Positions 19,072 to 30,943 of a stretch of DNA of 64,000 nucleotides are shown piece by piece (positions within the stretch are counted from its first letter, which is position 1; each line of letters opens with the position of its first letter). A program made the position numbers and the translations under genes. Source of the stretch: an uncultured delta proteobacterium (GTDB lineage: Bacteria; Desulfobacterota; Binatia; UBA9968); the NCBI GenBank assembly GCA_963816145.1, contig CAWFJP010000003.1:224001-288000 (forward strand), in the 5' to 3' direction. Below the pieces are notes generated by a model. It was given only the letters and a program-made list of their open reading frames with translations, made no database searches and was not told the DNA's origin.

Positions 19072-20466
19072 CTAGTTGGAACTCCAGATCGGAAACCACA
19101 CCGGCTCAACCAGGATATAGTCACGATTACGGATAGAAGCCAGCGCCCGGCGCATCTGCCGCAGACTCGTGCGCTCAAGCGTCATGACGAAGGGCAAAAT
19201 TTCTCCCTGTTTCTGTTTTAGCCGGTAACTTTGCATCAAACTGTGCAGTTCCTCTTCGACATGGCGCAGTTGCCAAATCTCGGAAATATTCACACCGATC
19301 CGGCCGAAGGTCTTGCCGATATCGCCGACAATACCGGCGCGGTCTTTGACCACGAAGCGCACGTAAAACGGCACATCGATCTCGTCTTCACGTTGCAGCT
19401 TAAGCGTGCCCGGCGCGATCAAACTCGGCGCGCCGCTGAACTTGCGCGCGCCGCGTGCCAGCTCACAAACATCGCCGAGCACAGCCACAGCCGTGGGACC
19501 GCCGCCGGCACCCGGTCCGACCAGAACATAATCGCAATCTCGTCCGCCACGCCCGCCGCCGCTGCTCTTGCCAGCAAAACAAATCGCGTTGGTCGCGCCA
19601 TCGACGCTCGCGAGAAAGTTATCGCCCGAGACCAACGCCGGTGAGACAAAGACTTGCACCGCCGAACCGCGCCGGCGCGCCACCGCCAATTGTTTGATGG
19701 TACTGGCGCCGATGCGTTGGGCATAACGAAAATCGACCGCTTGGATCTCTTCGATGCCCTTGCGCCAAATCTTGCCCGGTTCGATCTGCAAACCGAAGGC
19801 GACCATGCTGAGCAGGAGCAGCTTGGCTTCGGCGTCGCTGCCGTCGACGTCGGAGGCAGGGTTAGTCTCCGCGTAGCCTTTTTGCTGCGCTTCCCGCAGC
19901 GCTTCGGCGTAGGGTTTGCCGCTCTTCTCCATCTGCGACAGGATGTAATTGCAAGTGCCGTTGACGATGCCGAAGATCGCTTCGGGCTGCTCGACGGCGA
20001 AGCTCTCGCTGAGCGAGCGGATCACTGGAATGCCGCCACCGACACAGGCTTCGAAGCGCAATTGTTGGCCGGAACTCTTCACCGCCGCCCAAATCTCCTT
20101 GCCGTAGCGCGCCAACACTGCCTTATCGGAAGTCACCACGGACTTGCCATTGCGCAAAGCGCGCAGTATGTAGTCGCGAAACTGCGGCAAATGGGTCGCC
20201 GATTGAAAGCCCAAGGCTTCAATCACGATGTCGACGCCCGGATGATCGAGTACTTCTTCAGGCCGGTTGGTGAACAGGGCCTCGCGCTGGCCGAACCATT
20301 TTTTGTCTTTGGGATTGCGCGTGTAGATTTTGCGGATCTCAAGCTCAACATCGATTCCGACATATCCCTTGAGATCATGAAACAAAATGTCTTGAATCGC
20401 CTCGCCGACCACTCCTGAGCCGAGCAGTCCGACACCGACTTTGCGCCGCGAGTTAACCGTTGCCAT
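19072..20466 (-). CDS. hom: Homoserine dehydrogenase with C-terminal ACT domain
   Basis: GLLGSGVVG, VVTSDKA, FEACVGGGIPVI, GIVNGTCNYIL, GYAETNP, GPGAGGGPTA. Confidence 0.93.
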   Translation of the reverse strand: MATVNSRRKVGVGLLGSGVVGEAIQDILFHDLKGYVGIDVELEIRKIYTRNPKDKKWFGQREALFTNRPEEVLDHPGVDIVIEALGFQSATHLPQFRDYILRALRNGKSVVTSDKAVLARYGKEIWAAVKSSGQQLRFEACVGGGIPVIRSLSESFAVEQPEAIFGIVNGTCNYILSQMEKSGKPYAEALREAQQKGYAETNPASDVDGSDAEAKLLLLSMVAFGLQIEPGKIWRKGIEEIQAVDFRYAQRIGASTIKQLAVARRRGSAVQVFVSPALVSGDNFLASVDGATNAICFAGKSSGGGRGGRDCDYVLVGPGAGGGPTAVAVLGDVCELARGARKFSGAPSLIAPGTLKLQREDEIDVPFYVRFVVKDRAGIVGDIGKTFGRIGVNISEIWQLRHVEEELHSLMQSYRLKQKQGEILPFVMTLERTSLRQMRRALASIRNRDYILVEPVWFPIWSSN

Positions 20467-20528
20467 TTTAGTAGATTATGGATTCTTCAGGTTCTAGTGT
20501 AGATGTTCTGTCATATTCAAGGTGCATA

Positions 20529-20610
20529 TTTCACCACGAAGGCACGAAGGACACGAAGGTTTCTGAAAATTTATCTTTTCTAACTTCTCTTCGTGTCCTT
20601 CGTGGTGAAA
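20529..20610. repeat. Uninterrupted periodic REP-like palindrome (CACGAAG type)
   Basis: tttcaccacgaaggcacgaaggacacgaag ... cttcgtgtccttcgtggtgaaa. Confidence 0.85.
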
Positions 20611-20646
20611 GGATCTTGACTTATTATTTAGAAATCACCACCACGC

Positions 20647-21825
20647 TTAGTCGAGCAGTTTGCCGAGTGACTTCTTGATCTTGCGCACGGCCTGCTTGGT
20701 GCGGTGCTCGTTCTCGATCAAGGCGAAACGGACATGGTCATCGCCATACTGGCCAAAGCCGATGCCCGGCGATACCGCGACTTGCGCTTCCTGAAGCAAG
20801 TATTTGCAAAACTCGACCGAGCCCATCTTCTTTGCCGGCTCGGGGATTTCCGCCCAGACGAACATGGTGCCTTTGGGCCGGGGAATATGCCAACCGGCAC
20901 GGTCGAGGCCGTCGAGCAGCGAGTCGCGGCGCTTCTGATACATCGAGCAAATTTCTTCGACGCATTCCTGTGGCCCATCCAGCGCGGCAATCGCGGCGAT
21001 CTGGATCGGTTGAAAGATGCCGTAATCCAAATAGCTCTTGATCCGCGCCAAGGCTTGGACGATCTCCTTATTGCCGACGCAGAAGCCGACGCGCCAACCC
21101 GGCATGTTGTAACTCTTGGATAAGGAAAAAAACTCCACACCGACATCCTTGGCCCCCGCCGCCTGGAGAAAGCTCGGTGCCTGGTAGCCGTCGAAAGTAA
21201 GATCCGCATAGGCGAGATCGTGGACAACGAGGAAGTTATGCTCCTTTGCCGCTTTGACCACTTTCTCGAAAAAATCGAGCTCGACCACCTGCGTGGTCGG
21301 ATTATGCGGAAAGCTGATGATCAGCATTTTGGGTTTGGGCCAAGTTTGGCGGATCGCCTCGTCGAGATTGCCGAAAAATTCCTCACTGGTGGTCAGTGGA
21401 ATGCAGCGCAGATCGCCGCCGGCTAAGACCACTGCATACTGATGAATCGGATAGGTCGGGCTGGGACAGAGCACGACGTCGCCAGGATCGATGGTCGCCC
21501 AGGCCAGGTGCGACAACCCTTCTTTCGCGCCGATGGTGACGATCGCCTCGCTGTCTGGGTCGATGGTCACACCGTAGCGCCGCTGGTACCACTTGGCGAT
21601 GGCGACCCGGAGTTTATAAATACCGCGGGATACCGAATAGCGGTGGTTTGCGGGTTTGGATGCGGCCTCGATCAACTTTGCCACCACATGGGGCGGTGTG
21701 GGCAAATCCGGGTTGCCCATGCCGAAGTCGACGATATCTTCGCCTCGATGCCGCGCCTCCATCTTCATGCCATCGATGATGCTGAAGACATAGGGCGGCA
21801 GCCGCTTAATCCGCTGAAATTCCAC
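20647..21825 (-). CDS. alaC: PLP-dependent class I aminotransferase, AlaC-like
   Basis: [62 protein letters not shown]. Confidence 0.85.
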   Translation of the reverse strand: MEFQRIKRLPPYVFSIIDGMKMEARHRGEDIVDFGMGNPDLPTPPHVVAKLIEAASKPANHRYSVSRGIYKLRVAIAKWYQRRYGVTIDPDSEAIVTIGAKEGLSHLAWATIDPGDVVLCPSPTYPIHQYAVVLAGGDLRCIPLTTSEEFFGNLDEAIRQTWPKPKMLIISFPHNPTTQVVELDFFEKVVKAAKEHNFLVVHDLAYADLTFDGYQAPSFLQAAGAKDVGVEFFSLSKSYNMPGWRVGFCVGNKEIVQALARIKSYLDYGIFQPIQIAAIAALDGPQECVEEICSMYQKRRDSLLDGLDRAGWHIPRPKGTMFVWAEIPEPAKKMGSVEFCKYLLQEAQVAVSPGIGFGQYGDDHVRFALIENEHRTKQAVRKIKKSLGKLLD

Positions 21826-21934
21826 GCGCCGTCACCTCTGCTATATTTAGAAATTCAATGAGTTTTCCTATTTATAAGGCATCGCTGCCACAGGTGCAAA
21901 TCAGGACCCGCCAATGCAAAAGGAATTGCCAACC

Positions 21935-24130
21935 CTACCCCACTGCCCCCAACTGCAAGCGCTTGCCCCAGCGATGTTTGAGGATTTCCCGCATGCCGGC
22001 GGACTCTTTACTTTTCAGCTGCGGGTCTTTTTCCAGCCAGGCCAAGGCTTCTTGACGCGCGGCGATGAGCAATTGCGTATCGCGGGTTAGGCTGGCCAAA
22101 CGGAAATCAGCCAAACCCGACTGCCGGGTGCCGAGAAGCTCACCGGGACCGCGCAGTTTGAGATCGGCTTCAGCGATCCTGAAACCGTCGTGCTCTTTGG
22201 CCATGACGCGCAACCGTTCGGCTGCGACGGTACTGGCGGTGCCGCGATTGACCAGTAAACAGTAGCCAAGCGCTTGGCCGCGGCCGACCCGGCCACGCAG
22301 TTGATGCAGCTGCGACAAGCCGAAACGCTCGGCGTGCTCGATGACCATGACGGTGGCGTTGGGGATGTCGATACCGACCTCGATGACCGTGGTGGCGACG
22401 AGAATGCCTAAATTGCCGTCGCGAAACTCCCGCATGGTTCGATCGCGCTCGTCGCCTTTCATTCGACCATGAACTAGACCGACACCGAAATCTTTAAATA
22501 ATGTCTGGCGCATTTTGTCGGCCATCTGGGTGGCGTCTTTCACCTGCTGCAGTTGCTCGGAGGGTTCGACCAAAGGCAGGACGACAAAGGCTTGATGGCC
22601 TTTTTTTAACTCGTTGAGAACGACCGTGTAGACCTGTTTGCGCTCGCGTTCATTGAAGACTCTGGTGTGCACCGGCTTGCGGCCCGGCGGCATTTCGTCT
22701 ACGAAGGAAACTTCCATATCGCCATAGAGCACCATCGCCAGGCTGCGCGGGATCGGCGTGGCGCTCAGCAACAGCATATGCGGCTCCTGATTCGTTGACG
22801 ACAGCGATTCTTTGCCGGCAACTAACTGGCGCAACGACAAGCGCTGGGCGACGCCGAATCGATGCTGTTCGTCGATGACGCCCAGCCCCATGCGCGGCGC
22901 ATGGATGTCCTCTTGAATCACCGCGTGTGTACCGACGACGAATTGGACCTCGCCGCTCTCTATGCGCGGCAGCAACTCCTTGCGTTGTTTTGCGGACGTG
23001 TGGGCGGTCACCAGCGCAGCGCTCACTCCTAATGCTTCGGCGTAACCCGACAGGCCGCGAAAATGCTGCTCGGCGAGGATTTCCGTGGGCGCCATCCACA
23101 GCGCCTGATAGCCTTGTTCGATGGTTCGCAGCGACGCCAACCAGGCCACCATGGTTTTGCCCGAGCCGACATCTCCTTGAACCAGGCGCTGCATCGGCTG
23201 CGCCCCAGCCATATCCGTTACGATTTCGTTAAAAACTCGTTGCTGCGCGCCAGTGAGCTTGAACGGCAGTAGTTCGCGCATCCGTTTAACCAGCGCACCA
23301 TCGGTTACAGCAACCGGTTGCGCCCGGCTCTGTGTGCGCGAATATTTGCGCAGTCCCAATCCCAACTGCATGTAAAACAATTCTTCGAAGATCACACTGC
23401 GGTGTGCCGGCGAACTGGCGTCGTTCAACGCGGCCACGCTGCCATCGAGGGACGGCAGGTGCAATTGGCGCAGCGCCTCTGGGATCGACGCCAACTGCAA
23501 TCGGTTTGCGATGCTACCGGGCAATCCCGACGGCAGATAGTGCTGGTATTGATCGAGCGCTTGCGCCGCCAGTTTGCGCATGAACGACATCGGCATACCG
23601 CCGGGCCGTAGATACACCGGCAAAATACGCGCATGATCGCTTTCCTCGCCGGGCTCTAAAACTTCGAAGTCCGGATGAACGATGCGCAGCCGCCCCTGCG
23701 CCCCCTGCTCGACCTTGCCGTGGACTAAAAGGTTCTGCCCTTGCGCCAGGCCGTTGGCCAAATAGCTTGGCGCCCGATACCACAGGAGATCAATCATGCC
23801 GCTCTCGTCGCGCAGCACGGCGGTCAGCATCTGACTGCGCCGGCGCGGATTGAAGCGGTTTTGCAGCAGCACCAGCTGGCCGGAAAAGCTTTCTTCTTGT
23901 CCGAGCACGGCCTGGCTTATTTTCTTTAATTGACGCCGGTCTTCGTAGCGAAACGGCAAGTGATAAAGAACATCTTCGACGGTGGCCAAACCGGCGGCTT
24001 CGAGCTGCGCCGCGCGCTTGGGGCCGACGCCTTTGAGAAATTGCACCGATGTAGAAAGCGCCCGCAAGCAGTCACGCGCACTGGGCTGAGAGTCGGAAGT
24101 CCCCGATACGGAATGGGAAATATTTGCCAC
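21935..24130 (-). CDS. recG: ATP-dependent DNA helicase RecG
   Basis: LPFKLTGAQ, QGDVGSGKT, IDEQHRFGVAQR, SATPIPRSL, GLSQLHQLRGRVGRG, DLKLRGPGE. Confidence 0.97.
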   Translation of the reverse strand: MANISHSVSGTSDSQPSARDCLRALSTSVQFLKGVGPKRAAQLEAAGLATVEDVLYHLPFRYEDRRQLKKISQAVLGQEESFSGQLVLLQNRFNPRRRSQMLTAVLRDESGMIDLLWYRAPSYLANGLAQGQNLLVHGKVEQGAQGRLRIVHPDFEVLEPGEESDHARILPVYLRPGGMPMSFMRKLAAQALDQYQHYLPSGLPGSIANRLQLASIPEALRQLHLPSLDGSVAALNDASSPAHRSVIFEELFYMQLGLGLRKYSRTQSRAQPVAVTDGALVKRMRELLPFKLTGAQQRVFNEIVTDMAGAQPMQRLVQGDVGSGKTMVAWLASLRTIEQGYQALWMAPTEILAEQHFRGLSGYAEALGVSAALVTAHTSAKQRKELLPRIESGEVQFVVGTHAVIQEDIHAPRMGLGVIDEQHRFGVAQRLSLRQLVAGKESLSSTNQEPHMLLLSATPIPRSLAMVLYGDMEVSFVDEMPPGRKPVHTRVFNERERKQVYTVVLNELKKGHQAFVVLPLVEPSEQLQQVKDATQMADKMRQTLFKDFGVGLVHGRMKGDERDRTMREFRDGNLGILVATTVIEVGIDIPNATVMVIEHAERFGLSQLHQLRGRVGRGQALGYCLLVNRGTASTVAAERLRVMAKEHDGFRIAEADLKLRGPGELLGTRQSGLADFRLASLTRDTQLLIAARQEALAWLEKDPQLKSKESAGMREILKHRWGKRLQLGAVG

Positions 24131-24165
24131 GTATCAAACCAGACGGATTGTCTTCATTTCTCATA

Positions 24166-24270
24166 AACCCCGCCTCTTGAGGCGGGCACAACTAACTGGA
24201 GTTTCCAAAGGGGGCGAGCATCCCCTTTGCACTATTGAAATTGGCGGCGGGGTTAAATCCCCGCCCGCGA
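24166..24270. repeat. Cluster of three short GC hairpins, possible IS200/IS605-end relics
   Basis: cccgcctcttgaggcggg; caaagggggcgagcatccccctttg; gcggggttaaatccccgc. Confidence 0.45.
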
Positions 24271-24371
24271 AGTGGTTTCGTTTAATGACGGCGGTCTCGA
24301 CGTGCAAAGAATCCCGGATGATCCAAATGCACGGCTATTTTCCAGATCACTCGCTAAGCACCGAATGACCG

Positions 24372-27300
24372 CTAGGATAACCGTGGGATCTCATAATCCT
24401 GCAACGCCTTCACGTCGAATTCGCTCTGCTTCAGCAACTCAATTCCTTCAGTGGCCGCTTCGGCTCCTGCCATCGTTGTGAAATAAGGGACTTGATAGTC
24501 GACGGCATAACGCCGAATCGCGAACGAGTCAGCATGGGACCGGGAATCCTCGGGGGTGTTGATCACCATGGCGATATCGCCAACCCGGATCCGATCGCCA
24601 ATATGAGGGCTACCATCCTGAACCTTTTTGACGATTTCCGTGGGAACATTGTGGTCTTTAAAGTAGTTTGCCGTACCACGGGTGGCCATAATAAAAAAAC
24701 CGACACGATAAAGCCTGCGCGCAAGAAACGCGGCCGATTCTTTATCGTCGTCTCGCACGCTGATAAACACGCGGCCGGTCTTAGGTAAACGCATGCCGCC
24801 ACCCAGCTGAGCTTTGGCGAAGGCCATGCCGAAATAGTTATCGATACCCATTACTTCCCCGGTGGATTTCATCTCCGGTCCAAGAATGGTGTCGACGCCC
24901 GGGAATTTGTTGAAGGGAAACACCGCTTCCTTCACCGAGATATGGGTCGGTACGATTTCACGCGTCAGTCCTAACTCCTTGAGTTTCCTGCCAACCATGA
25001 TTTTGGCCGCCATCTTCGCCAGCGGCACGCCGATCGCCTTGCTCACGAACGGCACGGTGCGCGATGCTCGCGGGTTCACTTCCAAAACAAAAACGTTGGA
25101 ACCTTGCACGGCGAACTGGACGTTCATTAAGCCGCGCACGTTGAGCGCCTTGGCCAGCGCAATCGTGTGGCGGCGGATTGCATCTTGAACTTCCCGGTTG
25201 ATGGTTTTCGGCGGTAGGCTGCACGCGCTGTCGCCGGAGTGCACCCCGGCATGTTCGATATGCTCCATGATGCCGCCGATAACATAATCGTCGCCATCGC
25301 CCAGCGCATCGACGTCGACCTCGATGGCATCGTCGAGAAACCTATCGATCAACACCGGGTGCTCAGGCGATGCGGACACCGCATGGGTCATGTAGTTTTG
25401 CAAAGCCTCACCGTCATACACGATTTGCATGGCACGGCCGCCGAGCACATAGGAAGGCCGTACCAACACCGGATAGCCAAGCCCCTCGGCGATCTTGAAC
25501 GCTTCGTCGTACGAGCGCGCGATGCCGTTGTCGGGCTGCTTGATCGCCAGGCGGTTGATCAGCGCCGAGAAGCGTTCGCGGTCCTCTGCCAGATCGATGC
25601 TGTCGGGCGATGTGCCGATGATCGGCACACCGGCGTGTTCCAGTGCCAAGGCGAGCTTAAGCGGTGTCTGGCCGCCAAACTGAACGATGACGCCGTCCGG
25701 CTTCTCCCGGTCGACGATATTCATCACCTCTTCCATGGTCAGAGGTTCGAAATAGAGTTTGTCCGAAGTATCGTAGTCCGTGCTCACGGTCTCGGGATTA
25801 CAGTTGACCATGATAGTCTCATAGTCTTCTTCTTTGAGGGCGAACGCCGCATGGACGCAACAGTAATCGAACTCGATGCCTTGGCCGATGCGGTTGGGGC
25901 CGCCGCCAAGAATCATTATTTTCTTGCGCGGCGTGCGCTTGGATTCGTCGGCGCCTTCATAGGTGGAATATAAATACGGCGTGAACGCCTCGAACTCGGC
26001 GCCGCAGGTGTCGACGGAATTGAACACCGCATCGACGCCCTTCTGTTTGCGTGTTTCTCTCACTGCCGCTTCCGTAGCGCCGGTCAACTTGGCGATTCGC
26101 GCATCGGCAAAACCCATTTCCTTCCAACTGCGCAGCGTCGCCGCGTCCAGCTCACTCAGTTTGCCGTGGCAATTTTCAATTTCCCGGTCGGTGGCAATGA
26201 GCTCGCGAATCTTTTCAAGAAACCAGGGATCGTAGGCTGACAGCTGAAAGATATCCTCGGTGCTCATCCCTAGACGATAGGCGTCGCCGACATACCAGAG
26301 CCGCTGCGCGTTGGGATTTTTGAGTTTCTCCCGGACGATCACCAGGGATTCCTGCCGATTCCCGTCGCTGAGGTCCACTTTGGGCTCGAAACCAAAGGAG
26401 CCGGTTTCCAAAGAGCGCATGGCTTTTTGCAAAGACTCCTTGAACGTCCGGCCGATGGCCATCGCTTCGCCCACCGATTTCATTTGCGGTGTCAGCAGAT
26501 CCTTGGCTTGAGGAAATTTTTCGAAGGTGAAACGCGGGATCTTGGTCACCACATAATCGATGGTCGGCTCGAAGCAGGCGGGCGTCTCGCGCGTGATGTC
26601 ATTGCGGATCTCATCCAGGGTGTAGCCGATCGCCAGCTTGGCAGCGATCTTAGCGATGGGAAATCCTGTCGCCTTGCTCGCCAACGCCGAGCTGCGCGAC
26701 ACCCGCGGATTCATCTCGATCACGGTCATGCGGCCGTCCTGCGGATTGACCGCGAATTGAATGTTCGAACCGCCGGTGTCGACACCGATCTCGCGGATGA
26801 CCCGCAAGGAGGCGTCGCGCATGATCTGATACTCTTTGTCCGTCAGCGTCTGCGCCGGCGCCACCGTGATCGAATCGCCGGTGTGCACGCCCATGGGATC
26901 GACGTTTTCTATGGAGCAGATGATCACGACATTGTCTTTGTGATCGCGCATGACCTCCAACTCGTATTCCTTCCAGCCCAAGACCGATTCTTCGATCAGC
27001 ACTTCATGCACCGGCGATATCGCCAGACCGGCTTGCACGACTTCCTTGAATTCGGCGGCGCTATAGGCGAAGTTGCCACCGCTGCCGCCCAATGTGCGCG
27101 ACGCGCGGATGATCACCGGAAAATTGAGGCGCTTTTGGATCCGCTGGGCGTCCTTCATGCTGCGCGCATAGCCGCTGCGCGGCAGGTCCAAGCCGATGCG
27201 GCGCATGGCTTCCTTGAACAGATCGCGGTCTTCCGCTTTTTTGATCGACTCCAGTTTGGCGCCGATCATCTCGACGCCGTACTTTTCCAGGATGCCTTTC

Positions 27301-27611
27301 TCAGCCAAATCAATGGCCAGGTTGAGCGCCGTCTGTCCACCGAGGGTCGGCAAGATCACGTCGGGCCGCTCCTTGGCGATGATTTTCTCGACGATGTCGG
27401 TGGTGATCGGTTCTATATAGGTCCGGTCGGCGAAACCGGGGTCGGTCATGATGGTGGCCGGATTGGAGTTGACCAGGATAACCCGGTAACCCTCTTCCTT
27501 GAGCGCCTTCAAAGCTTGGGTGCCGGAGTAATCGAACTCGCAGGCCTGGCCGATGATAATCGGCCCGGCGCCGATGAGTAAAACGGATTGGATGTCGGTG
27601 CGTTTGGGCAT
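24372..27611 (-). CDS. carB: Carbamoyl-phosphate synthase large subunit
   Basis: [59 protein letters not shown] domain. Confidence 0.98.
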   Translation of the reverse strand: MPKRTDIQSVLLIGAGPIIIGQACEFDYSGTQALKALKEEGYRVILVNSNPATIMTDPGFADRTYIEPITTDIVEKIIAKERPDVILPTLGGQTALNLAIDLAEKGILEKYGVEMIGAKLESIKKAEDRDLFKEAMRRIGLDLPRSGYARSMKDAQRIQKRLNFPVIIRASRTLGGSGGNFAYSAAEFKEVVQAGLAISPVHEVLIEESVLGWKEYELEVMRDHKDNVVIICSIENVDPMGVHTGDSITVAPAQTLTDKEYQIMRDASLRVIREIGVDTGGSNIQFAVNPQDGRMTVIEMNPRVSRSSALASKATGFPIAKIAAKLAIGYTLDEIRNDITRETPACFEPTIDYVVTKIPRFTFEKFPQAKDLLTPQMKSVGEAMAIGRTFKESLQKAMRSLETGSFGFEPKVDLSDGNRQESLVIVREKLKNPNAQRLWYVGDAYRLGMSTEDIFQLSAYDPWFLEKIRELIATDREIENCHGKLSELDAATLRSWKEMGFADARIAKLTGATEAAVRETRKQKGVDAVFNSVDTCGAEFEAFTPYLYSTYEGADESKRTPRKKIMILGGGPNRIGQGIEFDYCCVHAAFALKEEDYETIMVNCNPETVSTDYDTSDKLYFEPLTMEEVMNIVDREKPDGVIVQFGGQTPLKLALALEHAGVPIIGTSPDSIDLAEDRERFSALINRLAIKQPDNGIARSYDEAFKIAEGLGYPVLVRPSYVLGGRAMQIVYDGEALQNYMTHAVSASPEHPVLIDRFLDDAIEVDVDALGDGDDYVIGGIMEHIEHAGVHSGDSACSLPPKTINREVQDAIRRHTIALAKALNVRGLMNVQFAVQGSNVFVLEVNPRASRTVPFVSKAIGVPLAKMAAKIMVGRKLKELGLTREIVPTHISVKEAVFPFNKFPGVDTILGPEMKSTGEVMGIDNYFGMAFAKAQLGGGMRLPKTGRVFISVRDDDKESAAFLARRLYRVGFFIMATRGTANYFKDHNVPTEIVKKVQDGSPHIGDRIRVGDIAMVINTPEDSRSHADSFAIRRYAVDYQVPYFTTMAGAEAATEGIELLKQSEFDVKALQDYEIPRLS

Positions 27612-27616
27612 GGATG

Positions 27617-28780
27617 CTATGAGCCTCGGTGCTGCGCCATCAGGTCGGTAAAACGTTTGAACAAGTAGTTGGCGTCATGCGGACCGGGCGATGACTCAGG
27701 ATGATACTGCACGGAAAAAATCGGCAACTCGCGGTGGGCCAGCCCTTCCACGGTATTGTCGTTTAAGTTTATATGAGTTAATTGCGCTGCGCCGCCCAGC
27801 GAATCGGCGTCGACGGCAAAGCCATGGTTCTGCGCAGTGATTTCGACCTTGCGCGTGGTCAGATCCATTACCGGCTGATTGCCGCCATGATGGCCGAACT
27901 TGAGTTTGTAAGTCTTGCCGCCTAAGGCCAGGCCCAAGATCTGATGGCCGAGACAGATGCCGAAAATAGGCGTCCTGCCGATCAGTTGCTGCACGTTTTC
28001 TTTCGCGTAAGGCACCGCGTCGGGGTCGCCGGGACCGTTGGAAAGAAAAATCCCATCCGGTTTGAGCGCCAGCACATCGCTGGCCGGCGTCGACGCAGGC
28101 ACCACGCGTACTTGGCAGCCCGATTCGGCGAGATTACGCAGGATGTTGTACTTGATGCCGAAATCATAGGCGACGACGAAATATTTCGGCGCTGAGAAGC
28201 TGCCCTTGCGGCTGCGCTTGGCCGCGCCGCTGCCATTGCGCTGCTTATAGCCACCGACCAGTTGCCACATGCCCTCGTTCCAATCGTAAGCCTCGGGGCA
28301 AGTAACATTCTTGACGAGATCTTGGCCGACCATGCCCGGCGCCGCTTTAGCTTTGGCGACCAGCTCTTCAGCGCTCAGATTGCCGGTCGAGATCACTCCC
28401 TCTTGAGCGCCATGATCGCGCAGATGGCGCACCAGCGTCCGGGTATCGATGCCGTAGATGCCGACGATGCCGTTGGCGCGCATATATTCATGGAGGGACT
28501 GCCCGGCACGCCAGTTGCTCGGCTCGGCGGTGTAGTCTTTGACGATAAAGCCGCGCATGAACGGCCGACGCGACTCGACGTCTTCGAGGTTAACTCCGAC
28601 ATTACCGATTTGCGGATAGGTCATCGCCACCAACTGGCCTTCGTAGGACGGGTCGGTGAGGATCTCCTGGTAGCCGGTCATGCTGGTATTGAACACCACT
28701 TCGCCGGCGGTTTCGCCTTCGGCGCCGAAGCCTACTCCTGTGAAAACTTTGCCGTCCGCCAATGCCAAAATGGCTTTCAT
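27617..28780 (-). CDS. carA: Carbamoyl-phosphate synthase small subunit
   Basis: [46 protein letters not shown]. Confidence 0.98.
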   Translation of the reverse strand: MKAILALADGKVFTGVGFGAEGETAGEVVFNTSMTGYQEILTDPSYEGQLVAMTYPQIGNVGVNLEDVESRRPFMRGFIVKDYTAEPSNWRAGQSLHEYMRANGIVGIYGIDTRTLVRHLRDHGAQEGVISTGNLSAEELVAKAKAAPGMVGQDLVKNVTCPEAYDWNEGMWQLVGGYKQRNGSGAAKRSRKGSFSAPKYFVVAYDFGIKYNILRNLAESGCQVRVVPASTPASDVLALKPDGIFLSNGPGDPDAVPYAKENVQQLIGRTPIFGICLGHQILGLALGGKTYKLKFGHHGGNQPVMDLTTRKVEITAQNHGFAVDADSLGGAAQLTHINLNDNTVEGLAHRELPIFSVQYHPESSPGPHDANYLFKRFTDLMAQHRGS

Positions 28781-28784
28781 GAAA

Positions 28785-30737
28785 TTAATGGTTTGCCGCC
28801 TTCTCCCGGCTGGTATTCGCTGCTGTCTGGGCGTTCCCGGCGGGATTGATGATCGAATAGATCACCACGCGGTCATTCACCTCACGGTCCTCGCCGCGCA
28901 AGCGCACCCGCACGCGTTCATTTTCCGAACTCGGAATGTTTTTGCCGACATAGTTGGGCTTCACCGGCACCTCCCGGTGACCGCGATCTACCAACACCGC
29001 CAAGCGCACCGATTGCGGCCGGCCCGAGCGAAAAATAATGCTCAATGCGCTTTTCACCGTGCGTCCGGTATAAATGACGTCGTCAACCAAAACCACTTCG
29101 CGATCTTTAAGGCTGAGCGGCCCGAGGTCGGGATCGGCAGGCCCGATGCGCCGGAGTTCGTCGCCGGAGCCGTAGATTTCAATCTCGCCCAACTCCGGTC
29201 TGCGTTTGCGCCGCGCTTCGATTTGGTTGGCAATGCGTTGGCCCAATTGCGATCCGACGCTTCGGACACCGAGGATCAGCAAGCGGTCGGGATCGCGGCA
29301 GTCGCTGATGATCTCTTGGCTCATGGCCGCCAGGGCATTTTCGATATCGCCCTCAGCCATCAGTATCCGCTGCCCGCTGCTTTTGGTCGGTTCATAGCCC
29401 AACTCTTCAGCTTCCTTGATCGAGTCGAAGAGCGCCAGTTCGCCCTTATCCCACCAGTCATGAATTGTCTCGCTGAGCGCGTTGTCAAACGACGAATAGC
29501 GCTTGGCTTTAACATTGCCGACATAATCGACCTTGAATCGATGATCGCAATAGTCGCAGCCGAGAATCAGCGCGCCGATATGATCGGCGAAGTAAATGCG
29601 AAACCGTCGCTCGGTCGATAGCGGCTCCTTGACCGTAATGCAATTGGCATTATGGCACCTGGGGCCGATGGGCTCGGGACTGCGGAAAGAGCGCTGCGCC
29701 TTGTTCGCGGCGGGCTGTCGCGCGCGATCGCTGCGGAAAAGAAACTCTAACAGCGCCATGCGTACCGGAACACCATAGGCGGCTTGTTTGAAGTAGATAC
29801 CGCGCCGGTCCTTGTCGAGCTCAGGCGAAAGCTCGTCGACCCGCGGCAGCGGATGCATGACGACGGTGTCCTGAAAGCGCTTTTCCTGGAGAAACTCCGG
29901 ACCGATGGTCGGGTAGCCCCCGTTGGCGGCGCCTTCCCTCATCCGTTCTTTTTGTTTGCGGGTCATGTAAAAAACGTCGTAACGCAACCCGGTAGCCATG
30001 CTACTCAGCTGGGATTGAATAACTCTATCCACTTGCGTGTAGAGCGCCAATTGATGCGGCTGCTTGGGCGTCAAATACAAAGCATCAGTTTCAGTAACCA
30101 CGGCATTCAAATCCCCCGACGCCACCGGCGCGAAGCCATAATCGTACTCGCGCTCCAGCCGTTCGATGACGTACTGCGGCAGCTCCATACCATTGGCCGC
30201 CAGCGTCACCACGTTGGCGCCGAAGCGCGCCAAGGCATAGACCAAGGAATGGATTGTCCGGCCGTTCTTAAGATCGCCGCAGACCACCACGGTCAAGCCT
30301 TTGAGATCGCCCTTTTCCTTGCGCAGAGTGTAAAGATCGCACAGCGTCTGGGTCGGATGCTCATGGCCGCCGTCGCCGGCATTGATCACCGGCACATCGG
30401 CATGCTCGGCCATCGCCTGAACCGCACCGTCCCAATTGTGGCGCACGACCAAGACATCGGCATAGCTCGACACGACTTTGGCCGTGTCGGCGACGGTCTC
30501 GCCTTTGGCGGTCGAGGATGCCTTCATATCCGAGCAGGAGATCACCGAACCACCGAGCCGCTGCATCGCCGACTCGAAAGATAGCCGGGTGCGCGTGCTC
30601 GGTTCGTAGAACAACGTCGCCATGATCTGACCGCTGCCGACCTTACCCGCGCGCAGTTTGTCCGCGCCATCGGCCAGCAAAAAGATCTCTTCGATCTCGT
30701 CATTGGTCAGATCGGCTATGGAAATCAGGCTGCGCAT
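28785..30737 (-). CDS. pyrB: Aspartate carbamoyltransferase fused to a PyrI-type Zn domain and a C-terminal PyrR-like PRTase domain
   Basis: [34 protein letters not shown]; then CHNANCIT...CDYC; then [21 protein letters not shown]. Confidence 0.9.
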   Translation of the reverse strand: MRSLISIADLTNDEIEEIFLLADGADKLRAGKVGSGQIMATLFYEPSTRTRLSFESAMQRLGGSVISCSDMKASSTAKGETVADTAKVVSSYADVLVVRHNWDGAVQAMAEHADVPVINAGDGGHEHPTQTLCDLYTLRKEKGDLKGLTVVVCGDLKNGRTIHSLVYALARFGANVVTLAANGMELPQYVIERLEREYDYGFAPVASGDLNAVVTETDALYLTPKQPHQLALYTQVDRVIQSQLSSMATGLRYDVFYMTRKQKERMREGAANGGYPTIGPEFLQEKRFQDTVVMHPLPRVDELSPELDKDRRGIYFKQAAYGVPVRMALLEFLFRSDRARQPAANKAQRSFRSPEPIGPRCHNANCITVKEPLSTERRFRIYFADHIGALILGCDYCDHRFKVDYVGNVKAKRYSSFDNALSETIHDWWDKGELALFDSIKEAEELGYEPTKSSGQRILMAEGDIENALAAMSQEIISDCRDPDRLLILGVRSVGSQLGQRIANQIEARRKRRPELGEIEIYGSGDELRRIGPADPDLGPLSLKDREVVLVDDVIYTGRTVKSALSIIFRSGRPQSVRLAVLVDRGHREVPVKPNYVGKNIPSSENERVRVRLRGEDREVNDRVVIYSIINPAGNAQTAANTSREKAANH

Positions 30738-30801
30738 GGTTCGTTGCTAGAATATTTGGCGTGCTGCATAAAGAAAATTGGCCACGAGAATTCGGAGAAT
30801 C

Positions 30802-30911
30802 CTCCCGCAAAGGCGCAAAGACGCAAAGTTTGGAGAAATCAAAAGTACACTCTCATTGATGATTTTCACGACTATTCTCCGACCTTTGCGGCCTTAGCGC
30901 CTTTGCCGGAG
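30802..30911. repeat. Periodic REP-like palindrome (CGCAAAG type) between pyrR and pyrB
   Basis: ctcccgcaaaggcgcaaagacgcaaag ... ctttgcggccttagcgcctttgccggag. Confidence 0.8.
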
Positions 30912-30943
30912 ATATTCCGGGTTTCGGTTGCAGTTGAGCCGAA

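Noticed and set aside
26427-27581. Long plus-strand ORFs opposite carB (also 28680-29621, 46643-47470, 14960-15745)
   Set aside because: Typical antisense shadow ORFs in high-GC genes, with no motifs
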